Positions 1 through 7,046 of a stretch of DNA of 27,814 nt are shown in pieces; the first letter of the stretch is position 1, and every line of letters starts with the position of its first letter. Location: positions 1 to 27,814 of IMG/VR virus record IMGVR_UViG_3300047295_000151. One strand, given 5' to 3'. Under the pieces are notes generated by a model that did not search any database, was not told where the DNA came from, and saw only the letters and a program-made list of their open reading frames with translations. The stretch is from a virus. Taxonomy: Duplodnaviria > Caudoviricetes. The translations under genes and the position numbers were made by a program.

Positions 1-2823
1 GGCTACGTCACGGTGTTCGACCCCAGCGCGGACCTCTGGCCGTTGCAGGCCGCCTCGCCAGTCAGCCCGGACGATCCGGACGGTCCGGACAGCCCCGCCA
101 GTGCAGCCCAAGCCACCGCCGTGGACACGTCCGCCTCGCCGGCGTCTGCGCTGCCGCCTGGCACACCCATCACGCTGCCGAATGACGACTTCCTCGACGT
201 CATGTTCGGCGCTGACCTGGCCAACGCTTTCGTCTGCTCGCACACCGTGCCGCCCGACACCAAAGACGAGCGCCAGCGCAAGGCGATGTGGGTGGGGGGA
301 CCAGTGCGCCATGCCCGTGGCCTGTACCAACTGCCGCAGCGCCAGAACTACACCTGCGTCTCCTCCTTCCATCTGGACGCTGACGGCGCGTACCGGCGCC
401 AGCAGGAGCACTTTGCCGCGCTGCACTTCATCGTCCTGGACGATGTCGGCACCAAGGTGACGGTGGATCCACGCACCCTTGGCTTGGGTGAGCCCACCCT
501 GATCAACGAGACCTCGCCCGGCAATCAGCAATGGCTGTACCGGCTGCAAGAGCCGCTGCGCGACTTCGCGCAGGCGAGCTACCTCATGAAGGAGGTGCTG
601 GCCAAGCCCGTGCAAGGCCACCTCTTGACCGACCAAGGCTCGCGCGGCCTGACGCGCCTGTGCAAGCTGCCGCTGGGTATGAACCTCAAGCAAGCGCTGG
701 GGCAGCCATGGACCAATCGCACGTTGAGCTGGCGCCCCGAGCTCGCCTACAAAGCGCAGGAGATCGCGCACTGGTTCGGCGCCGATCTGGCGCGTGCGCC
801 GGCGTTGCGCGCGCCAGTGGCCGCGAGTTCGCCTGAGGCGGCAGAACATCCGCTCTTCCAGGCACTTCTGGCGCAGGGGCTGCTCAAGACCCAGAGCGCC
901 AAAAGCTCGGGGTGGTGGGACATCCGCTGTCCGCAGGTCCACCTGCACACCAACGCTGACGACTCCGGCAGCGCAGTCAAGGTCATGGAGGACGGCACCT
1001 GGACCTTCTCCTGCCAACATGGCCACTGCGCCGATTTGAAGCCGCGCGAGCTGTACCGTGTCCTGGCCGAAGCCGGCCATGACCTGACGCCACCGCAATA
1101 CAGCCACAAGGTGCGCCGCCTGGATCCGACCCGCCTGGAGTTTGATGCCGGCGAGGTCGACGAATTCGCCTTCATGACACCCGACGACGGCGGCGCTGGG
1201 GACGAGGTGGACTATCCCGACCCGGAGCTTGATGGCGCGGCCCCTGCCCCGCCTGGCGCCGCAGGGGCTGCTGGCGGCTCGGGCTCGGGGCCCGGCAAGC
1301 CGGTGATCTTCATCGATCCCGGGTTGCTGCCGAGCATCGTGCGCCAGTGCGCCGACCTGCTGGACGAGGATGTCTTCAAGCGCGGGCCGCACCTGGTGCG
1401 CATTGGCCGGGGCAGCGAACTCAGCGACGGCCTGCAGCGCAGCAGCATGCAGCCGGTGGTGATGGGGGTGACGCGCCAGTGGCTGGTGCGCGAGTTGACG
1501 CAGCGCGCCACCTTCAAGCGCTGGGACAAGCGCACCAACGACTACAAGGTCGTCGATTGCCCGGGCAACATCGCCGCCACGGTCGAGACCGGCACCGACG
1601 ACGACACATTCCGGCCCCTGACCGCCATGGCCAGCACGCCCTTCCTGCGCGCCGATGGTGAGATCTGCGCCACGCCTGGGTACGACGCCGCCACCGGCAT
1701 CTATTACGCCCCCAATCTGAACTTTCCGCCCATCCTGGAGCGGCCGACCTGGGCACAAGCCCGAGCCGCGCTGGATGAATTGCTGGAACTGGTGAAGGAC
1801 TTCCCGTTCGCCAACGAGGTGTCGCGCTCGGTCTTCGTGGCCGATGTCCTGACGGCGCTGGCCCGGCCGACGCTGCCGAAGTCGCCGGCGGTCCTGTACT
1901 GCGCCACCATGGCCGGCACGGGCAAGACGCTCATGGCCACCATTGCCAACCTCATCACCTATGGCCACGCCACCCTGCACCCCTGGCCGCACGGCAACGA
2001 GGAGGAACTCAAGAAGGTTTTCACCTCGATCCTGCTGGCCGGCGACCCGGTGGTGGTGTTCGACAACGTGCCCAACGGCGCGGTCATCAAGAGCGCAGCG
2101 CTGTCGCAGTTCGTGACCTCGGACGACTACGCCGACCGCAAGCTGGGCGAATCCGAGCGCGTGCGCTTCAAGAACCGCACCCGTGTCGTGCTCACCGGCA
2201 ACAACGTCACCCTGGCCAGCGACAACGCGCGCCGCACCCTGGTGTGCGATCTGCAGTTGCAGGTGGAGTCGGCGCGCGACCGCCAGGTCGAGTTTGATAT
2301 CCCCGACCTGACCTCGCACATTAAGCAGCGCCGGGCGTCACTGATCGTGGCCGGACTGACGGTGCTGCGCGCCTACGCGATCCAGCCCCAGCCGCTGCGC
2401 CTGGCGCCGCTCGAATCGTTTGAGGACTGGTCGTGGCGCGTGCGCGATGCGCTCGTCTGGCTCGGCCTGGAGGATCCGGTGGCCGCCGTGCAGTTCGACA
2501 ACGACGGCACGGGCGAGATCGCCCAGGCCTTCGTCGAGATCCAAGCCGTGGCCACAGCGCGGCGCCAGGGCAGCAACGGGCAGCCCGCGCAGTTTCGTGC
2601 CAACGACCTGGTGAATTGGGCCGCCAGCAACCACGCGCTGCGCGACGCCCTGGAACTGGCCGGCTGCACCGATCCGGGCTCCAGCGCCAAGCTGGGTTAC
2701 TGGCTGCGCTCGCTGAAGAACCGCCTGGCCGGGGGTTTGCGGCTCATCAGCACGACGGTGCGCGGTGGCCGCCAGCCCAACCGCTGGTCCTTGGAGCCCC
2801 ATGGTGCCGGAGATGCGACATGA
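1..2823 (+). CDS. Primase-helicase fusion (RepB'-type AEP primase + Zn finger + P-loop helicase), 5'-truncated
   Basis: Frame is open from base 1 (GYVTVFD...). Primase motifs IVLDDVGTK, ETSPGNQQW and TRLCKLPLGMNLK; Zn-binding CPxxxxH...CxHxHC; Walker A ATMAGTGKT, Walker B VVVFDNV, sensor LTGNN, arginine finger RR. Confidence 0.85.
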   Translation, partial: GYVTVFDPSADLWPLQAASPVSPDDPDGPDSPASAAQATAVDTSASPASALPPGTPITLPNDDFLDVMFGADLANAFVCSHTVPPDTKDERQRKAMWVGGPVRHARGLYQLPQRQNYTCVSSFHLDADGAYRRQQEHFAALHFIVLDDVGTKVTVDPRTLGLGEPTLINETSPGNQQWLYRLQEPLRDFAQASYLMKEVLAKPVQGHLLTDQGSRGLTRLCKLPLGMNLKQALGQPWTNRTLSWRPELAYKAQEIAHWFGADLARAPALRAPVAASSPEAAEHPLFQALLAQGLLKTQSAKSSGWWDIRCPQVHLHTNADDSGSAVKVMEDGTWTFSCQHGHCADLKPRELYRVLAEAGHDLTPPQYSHKVRRLDPTRLEFDAGEVDEFAFMTPDDGGAGDEVDYPDPELDGAAPAPPGAAGAAGGSGSGPGKPVIFIDPGLLPSIVRQCADLLDEDVFKRGPHLVRIGRGSELSDGLQRSSMQPVVMGVTRQWLVRELTQRATFKRWDKRTNDYKVVDCPGNIAATVETGTDDDTFRPLTAMASTPFLRADGEICATPGYDAATGIYYAPNLNFPPILERPTWAQARAALDELLELVKDFPFANEVSRSVFVADVLTALARPTLPKSPAVLYCATMAGTGKTLMATIANLITYGHATLHPWPHGNEEELKKVFTSILLAGDPVVVFDNVPNGAVIKSAALSQFVTSDDYADRKLGESERVRFKNRTRVVLTGNNVTLASDNARRTLVCDLQLQVESARDRQVEFDIPDLTSHIKQRRASLIVAGLTVLRAYAIQPQPLRLAPLESFEDWSWRVRDALVWLGLEDPVAAVQFDNDGTGEIAQAFVEIQAVATARRQGSNGQPAQFRANDLVNWAASNHALRDALELAGCTDPGSSAKLGYWLRSLKNRLAGGLRLISTTVRGGRQPNRWSLEPHGAGDAT

Positions 2824-2987
2824 GCCGCCACGGTTTGGGCTCTGCAGGTGGGGGGATGGGGGTAATAAAGGGGGATGTTCCAGCTCTCAGCGCGGGAATT
2901 GCCAGGTGCCATTTCTTATACGGGGGGCTGGAACATGCCCCCAAATCCCCCGTATCCCCCCTGGTGGCGTCAGGAGCGGGCCAATGA
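2820..2987 (+). CDS. Hypothetical 55-aa ORF spanning the inverted repeat
   Basis: ATG overlaps the primase stop (ATGA 2820-2823) and its TGA overlaps the next start (ATGA 2984-2987). Composition is atypical, so coding status is uncertain. Confidence 0.4.
   Translation: MSRHGLGSAGGGMGVIKGDVPALSAGIARCHFLYGGLEHAPKSPVSPLVASGAGQ
2850..2961. repeat. Large imperfect inverted repeat, candidate replication origin
   Basis: Left arm GGGGGGATGGGGGTAATAAAGGGGGATGTTCCAGC (2850-2884) versus right arm GCTGGAACATGCCCCCAAATCCCCCGTATCCCCCC (2927-2961). Perfect 10-bp core ATGTTCCAGC/GCTGGAACAT; AT-rich patch ATTTCTTATA in the spacer. Confidence 0.75.
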
Positions 2988-3415
2988 GCCGGATGCAGCG
3001 GCGCAAGGGTCAGGTCGGCGAGCGCGAGGCCGCCGCGCTCATCGCGGAGCACACCGGCTGGGCCGCCCGGCGCCGGGTGCGCAATGCCGCCGGCGACAGC
3101 GATTTGGTGGATGTGCCGGGCTGGGCCATTGAGGTCAAGCGCCACCGCGTGGCCACGGCGGGCGTGATTGCGGGCTGGTGGCAGCAGGCAGCGCAGCAAG
3201 CCGACGGCCAGTGGCCGTTGCTGCTGTACCGGCTGGATCGCAGCGCCTGGCGCGCGGTCTGGCCGCTGGCGGTGAGCTTGCGCGCACCACTCACCGGACC
3301 CTGGCAGGACTACGAATGGACGGTGGAGGGCAGCGTGGCCGCCTGGGCCGCCCTGGCGCGCGGACTGGTGCACGAACTGGCATTGGACAAAGCAGCGGAG
3401 GACCCAGACCAATGA
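2984..3415 (+). CDS. PD-(D/E)xK endonuclease, probable Holliday junction resolvase (Hjc-like)
   Basis: RBS AGGAG at 2972; motifs RRKGQVGEREAA ... DSDL ... WAIEVKR; typical position after the replication gene. Confidence 0.8.
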   Translation: MSRMQRRKGQVGEREAAALIAEHTGWAARRRVRNAAGDSDLVDVPGWAIEVKRHRVATAGVIAGWWQQAAQQADGQWPLLLYRLDRSAWRAVWPLAVSLRAPLTGPWQDYEWTVEGSVAAWAALARGLVHELALDKAAEDPDQ

Positions 3416-3795
3416 GAGAAAACTTTGCCGCGGACATTCCGCTGGATCTGCGTGAGGCGGACGAACTGTTGACCCGCTACGGCCAGTGGGCCCGGGATCG
3501 CATGCACCGCCGGCGCTGTGGCAGTGCGGAGGGCCGCTACCGCGCCCCGGCCAATGATGATGACCGGCAGCCACGCGAGGTGCTGCAGCCCGACTTCGAG
3601 GCCCTGCGCTGCCAGCGTGCCTTGGCGCGGGTGCCAGAGCTGGAGCGGGTCGTGCTGGCGGTGCTGTACGTGCCCCAGCGCATCCCAGTGGAAGTCCGTT
3701 TGCGCTGGTTGCGCATCCCGCCGCGCCTGTGCCGGGAACGGCACCTGCGCGGGCTGCGGATGTTCAGAACGCAGATTGCGTTGGCACAACTCTGA
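3412..3795 (+). CDS. Probable late-gene regulator / antiterminator Q-like protein
   Basis: ATGA-coupled; 127 aa; N-terminal LLTRYGQWA and C-terminal sigma4-like helical pattern (ALARVPELERVVLAVLY...); last early gene before a promoter-terminator-late operon. Confidence 0.65.
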   Translation: MRENFAADIPLDLREADELLTRYGQWARDRMHRRRCGSAEGRYRAPANDDDRQPREVLQPDFEALRCQRALARVPELERVVLAVLYVPQRIPVEVRLRWLRIPPRLCRERHLRGLRMFRTQIALAQL

Positions 3796-3875
3796 ACTGG
3801 CACGGCAGTCAGCAGAGGCCCCAAGGGTTTGCATACTCGCCCGACCTCCACGACGGCGCTCACAGGCCAAGCACC

Positions 3876-4334
3876 TTGACTCTTACAAACGCTCAGATCG
3901 GACGCTGTGGTGAGTTGCTGGTGCAACTGCGGCTGTTGCAGCGCGGCATCGAGTCGGCGCCGACATGCACCGACACGGGGATCGACCTCGTTGCCTATGC
4001 CTCGTACCGCAAGGCTGCCAAGACGATCCAGGTGAAGGCCAACCTGCAGCCCAAGCCTGGAGGCGGCCGCGGCAAGGCGGCACTGGGCTGGTGGGTGCCT
4101 GATGACAACCCGGCAGAACTGGTTGCCTTCGTAGATCTGTCCACGGAACGGATCTGGCTCCTCACCGCCGAAGATGTCGCGCGCTTGGCGCAGCAACATT
4201 CAGGCGGGCGGCACCATCTCTACATGTACACGGAGCCTGCAACGCGTCCGGGTGACCCTGAACGCCCTTCGCATGTGCATGACTTTGAGTGCCACTTGCT
4301 GGAAAACCGTGCCCAAGAACTGCTGGGTCCATAG
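3876..4334 (+). CDS. Standalone PD-(D/E)xK restriction-endonuclease-like protein (moron candidate)
   Basis: IGRCGELLVQLRL...DTGIDLVA...TIQVKA motif set; probable TTG start at 3876 (start uncertain); not coupled to its neighbours; codon usage less C/G-ending. Confidence 0.75.
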   Translation: MTLTNAQIGRCGELLVQLRLLQRGIESAPTCTDTGIDLVAYASYRKAAKTIQVKANLQPKPGGGRGKAALGWWVPDDNPAELVAFVDLSTERIWLLTAEDVARLAQQHSGGRHHLYMYTEPATRPGDPERPSHVHDFECHLLENRAQELLGP

Positions 4335-4361
4335 GACTTGCGGTCCACTCGATCAAGGGCA

Positions 4362-4390
4362 TTGACTTTGACCAAAAGATCTGACAGGAT
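4362..4390 (+). promoter_or_regulatory. Candidate sigma70 late promoter (pR'-like)
   Basis: TTGACT (4362-4367), 17-bp spacer, then an imperfect -10 CAGGAT preceded by TGn; lies about 70 bp upstream of a strong terminator. Confidence 0.4.
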
Positions 4391-4457
4391 GCAGCTTACC
4401 TGATGACGTATCAGTGCTGCGGTTGCCGATTGGCAGGCCGCTGCGTCCTCAAGAGTC

Positions 4458-4491
4458 AAGCCCGCGACAGCGATGTCAGCGGGCTTTTTTT
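4458..4491 (+). terminator. Intrinsic terminator before the late operon (tR'-like)
   Basis: AAGCCCGC-GACA-gcga-TGTC-a-GCGGGCTT followed by a run of 7 T (4485-4491). Confidence 0.85.
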
Positions 4492-4496
4492 CGTCC

Positions 4497-4778
4497 ATGC
4501 GCCCAGCCAGTCAACCGTTGCGCTTACGCGGGCTGCGCTGGATGCGGCTTCGGCAGCAGGTCCTGCAATCGGAGCCACGCTGCGTGGCTTGCTTGAAGGC
4601 GGGCCGGGTACGCGCAGCTACCGAGGTTGACCACATCGTGCCGCTGCACCGCGGCGGTGATGACGATCTACAGAACCTGCAGCCGCTGTGCCATGACTGC
4701 CACGCCACCAAGAGTGCTGCCGAGCGTGGCGCCCGGCGGCGAGGGACGACAGGACTGGACGGCTGGCCGCTGACTTGA
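4497..4778 (+). CDS. HNH endonuclease, terminase-associated (HK97 gp74-like)
   Basis: CxxC...EVDHIVPLHRGG...NLQPLCHDCHATKS, C-terminal DGWP; immediately upstream of TerS. Confidence 0.93.
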   Translation: MRPASQPLRLRGLRWMRLRQQVLQSEPRCVACLKAGRVRAATEVDHIVPLHRGGDDDLQNLQPLCHDCHATKSAAERGARRRGTTGLDGWPLT

Positions 4779-4893
4779 GGGGCGTAGGGGGTGTCTATCT
4801 CTACAACGACAGCGCAATAAACCGCGCGCCTTCACTTCAAACCATAAACCGCGACTTTTCGGGTCGTGCGTGCGCGCGAGCGCACGTCGACCC
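4779..4893. promoter_or_regulatory. Putative cos/packaging initiation region
   Basis: Non-coding gap between HNH and TerS with G-runs, direct repeat ATAAACCGCG at 4817-4826 and 4844-4853, and hairpin GGGTCG...CGACCC (4861-4893). This is the canonical cos position in HNH/P27-TerS phages. Confidence 0.6.
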
Positions 4894-4903
4894 AAGGATT
4901 CCC

Positions 4904-5335
4904 ATGACCACCAAACGCGGTCGCCGCTCGGTCGGCGACCTTCTGACCGTCGTACCCGTCACAGGCCAACGCCTGGACGCCCCGGACTCACTCAGCGCCG
5001 AGCAGGTGACCGAGTGGAAGAGCATCGTCGACTCGCTGCCCGCGGACTACTTCCGCCCCGGCGATGTGCCGCTGCTGTCGGCCTACTGCGTGGCCACGAG
5101 CCTGTACAAGCGCGCCGCCGCCGACATGCAGGCGCGCGGCATGACGCTCTTCGATGACAAGGGCCGTGAGGTGGTCAATCCGGTGCACCAGATCCTGACC
5201 AGCCAGGCCAGCGCCATGGCCCAGATGGCGATCAAACTGCGGCTGTGCCCGAGTGCGCGCTACTCGGAGAAGCAGGCCGCCACCAAGACGGGCGACGCCG
5301 CCAAACCGGCACGCCCCTGGGAGACCGGGACTTGA
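4904..5335 (+). CDS. terS: Terminase small subunit, P27 family
   Basis: RBS AAGGA; motifs APDSLS...EW...D..LL..YC...NP...LRLCPSAR. Confidence 0.92.
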   Translation: MTTKRGRRSVGDLLTVVPVTGQRLDAPDSLSAEQVTEWKSIVDSLPADYFRPGDVPLLSAYCVATSLYKRAAADMQARGMTLFDDKGREVVNPVHQILTSQASAMAQMAIKLRLCPSARYSEKQAATKTGDAAKPARPWETGT

Positions 5336-6852
5336 AGCCTGTCAGCCGCGGGGAGCGCAACATCGGCTGGATCGAGCAGCACTGCCGCATCCCGGAGGGC
5401 AAGTTCGTCGGCCGTCCGGTGCGCCTGTGTGGCTTCCAGCGCGAGATCATCCGCGGCATCTACGACAGCCCCACGCGCCGGGCCATCATCAGCTTCGGGC
5501 GCAAGAACGCCAAGACCACGCTGTCAGCCTTCCTGCTGCTGCTGCATCTGTGCGGGCCGGAGGCGCGTGCCAACAGCCAACTCTTCAGCGCCGCCCAGTC
5601 GCGTGACCAGGCGGCAATCCTGTTCGCCCTGGCCAGCAAGATGGTGCGCATGTCGCCCGACCTGACGCAATTCGTCACGGTGCGCGACACCGCCAAGCAG
5701 TTGTACTGCGAGGAACTGGGCACGCTGTACCGAGCGCTGAGCGCGGATGCCTCCACCGCCTACGGTCTGTCGCCGGTGTTCGTGGTGCATGACGAACTTG
5801 GCCAGGTCAAGGGGCCACGTAGCGAGCTGTTCGAAGCCCTGGAGACGGCCTCGGCCGCGCAGGAGGCGCCACTGTCCATCGTCATCAGCACCCAGGCTGC
5901 CACGGACGCCGACCTGCTGTCGGTGTTGATCGACGACGCCTTGACGCGTGCCGATGCCACGCAAAAGGTCTGGCTCTACACGGCCCCACTCAACCTGGAC
6001 CCGTTCAGCGAAGAGGCCATCCGCGCCGCCAACCCCGCCTACGACGAGTTCATGAACCCCGAGGAGGTCAAGCAGCAGGCCCGGGATGCGCAGCGCATCC
6101 CCAGCCGCGAGGCGGCATACCGCAACCTGGTGATCAACCAGCGGGTGGAGGCGCATTCGCCCTTCATCGCCCGCCAGGTATGGACCGACAACGGTGCGGT
6201 GCCCGCCGACTGGGAAGGCCGGGAGGTGTACGCGGGGCTGGACCTGTCCAGCGTGGCCGACCTGACGGCCTTGGTCCTGGTGTCGCAGCGAGACGGTGCC
6301 TGGGACGTGCACCCGACCTTCTGGCTGCCTGGCACCGGCCTGGCGGAGAAGTCGCGCGCTGACCGCGTGCCCTACGACCAGTGGGCACGTAGCGGGCATC
6401 TGCAGACCACGCCTGGCGCCTCGATCGAGTACGAATTCGTCGCCGAGCACCTGCGCGCCGTGTTCGACCGCTGCGAGGTCAAGGCGCTCGCCTTTGACCG
6501 CTACAACATGCGCTTTCTGAAGCCTTGGCTGGAGCGGGTGGGCTTCACCGAGGACGAGTTGCTGAAGTTTGTCGAGTTCGGCCAAGGATTTGTGAGCATG
6601 TCGCCGGCGCTGCGCGAGCTGGAGTCGCTGCTGCTGAGCCGCAAGCTGCGCCACGGCGAGCACCCGGTGCTGACCATGTGCGCGGCGAATGCCGTGACCA
6701 TCAGTGATCCCGCGGGCAACCGCAAGCTCAACAAGAAGCGCGCCATCGGCCGCATCGACGGCATGGTGGCGCTGACCATGGCCGTGGGTGTCGTGCCGGC
6801 GGGTGCAGACGACGACGCGCTGGGCAGCGACTACGAACTGCTGGTCGTCTGA
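5332..6852 (+). CDS. terL: Terminase large subunit
   Basis: TTGA overlap with terS; Walker A GRKNAKT, Walker B VVHDE, IISTQ, nuclease motifs AGLDLSS and RIDGMVA. Confidence 0.96.
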   Translation: MKPVSRGERNIGWIEQHCRIPEGKFVGRPVRLCGFQREIIRGIYDSPTRRAIISFGRKNAKTTLSAFLLLLHLCGPEARANSQLFSAAQSRDQAAILFALASKMVRMSPDLTQFVTVRDTAKQLYCEELGTLYRALSADASTAYGLSPVFVVHDELGQVKGPRSELFEALETASAAQEAPLSIVISTQAATDADLLSVLIDDALTRADATQKVWLYTAPLNLDPFSEEAIRAANPAYDEFMNPEEVKQQARDAQRIPSREAAYRNLVINQRVEAHSPFIARQVWTDNGAVPADWEGREVYAGLDLSSVADLTALVLVSQRDGAWDVHPTFWLPGTGLAEKSRADRVPYDQWARSGHLQTTPGASIEYEFVAEHLRAVFDRCEVKALAFDRYNMRFLKPWLERVGFTEDELLKFVEFGQGFVSMSPALRELESLLLSRKLRHGEHPVLTMCAANAVTISDPAGNRKLNKKRAIGRIDGMVALTMAVGVVPAGADDDALGSDYELLVV

Positions 6853-6869
6853 AGAAGAACCGCTCCACC

Positions 6870-7046
6870 ATGAACCTGCACGTCTACAACGCGGCGCTGC
6901 TCCTGGGCTGGCTGCTGGTCCTGGTGGGTGGGGTGCTGCTGCATCCGGCCGCTGGCCTGGTGGCCGCCGGCTTACTGCTGTTGGTCCTGGTCTTCCTCAC
7001 GGTGCGCCTGGGTGGCGTGTACGCCCCCGACAAGGACCGGGGTTGA
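6870..7046 (+). CDS. Small membrane protein (58 aa, two hydrophobic helices) between terminase and portal
   Basis: Read by eye and absent from the ORF track: MNLHVYNAALLLGWLLVLVGGVLLHPAAGLVAAGLLLLVLVFLTVRLGGVYAPDKDRG. Stop overlaps the portal ATG (TGATG). Confidence 0.8.
   Translation: MNLHVYNAALLLGWLLVLVGGVLLHPAAGLVAAGLLLLVLVFLTVRLGGVYAPDKDRG

Noticed and set aside
4400-4450. CUGAUGA hammerhead-ribozyme core motif in the late leader
   Set aside because: No GAAA after a stem II in the right geometry; the CUGAU is itself paired in a hairpin.
5497-5520. TerL Walker A reads GRKNAKT rather than GRKNGKT, suggesting possible inactivation
   Set aside because: The catalytic Lys-Thr and all other motifs are intact, so it is more likely a natural variant.
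6788-7045. ORF-track N-terminal extension of the portal (similar extensions for TerS, TerL, capsid, Q-like and endolysin)
   Set aside because: Better starts with RBS or stop/start overlaps lie downstream, and this interval encodes the 58-aa membrane protein in another frame.
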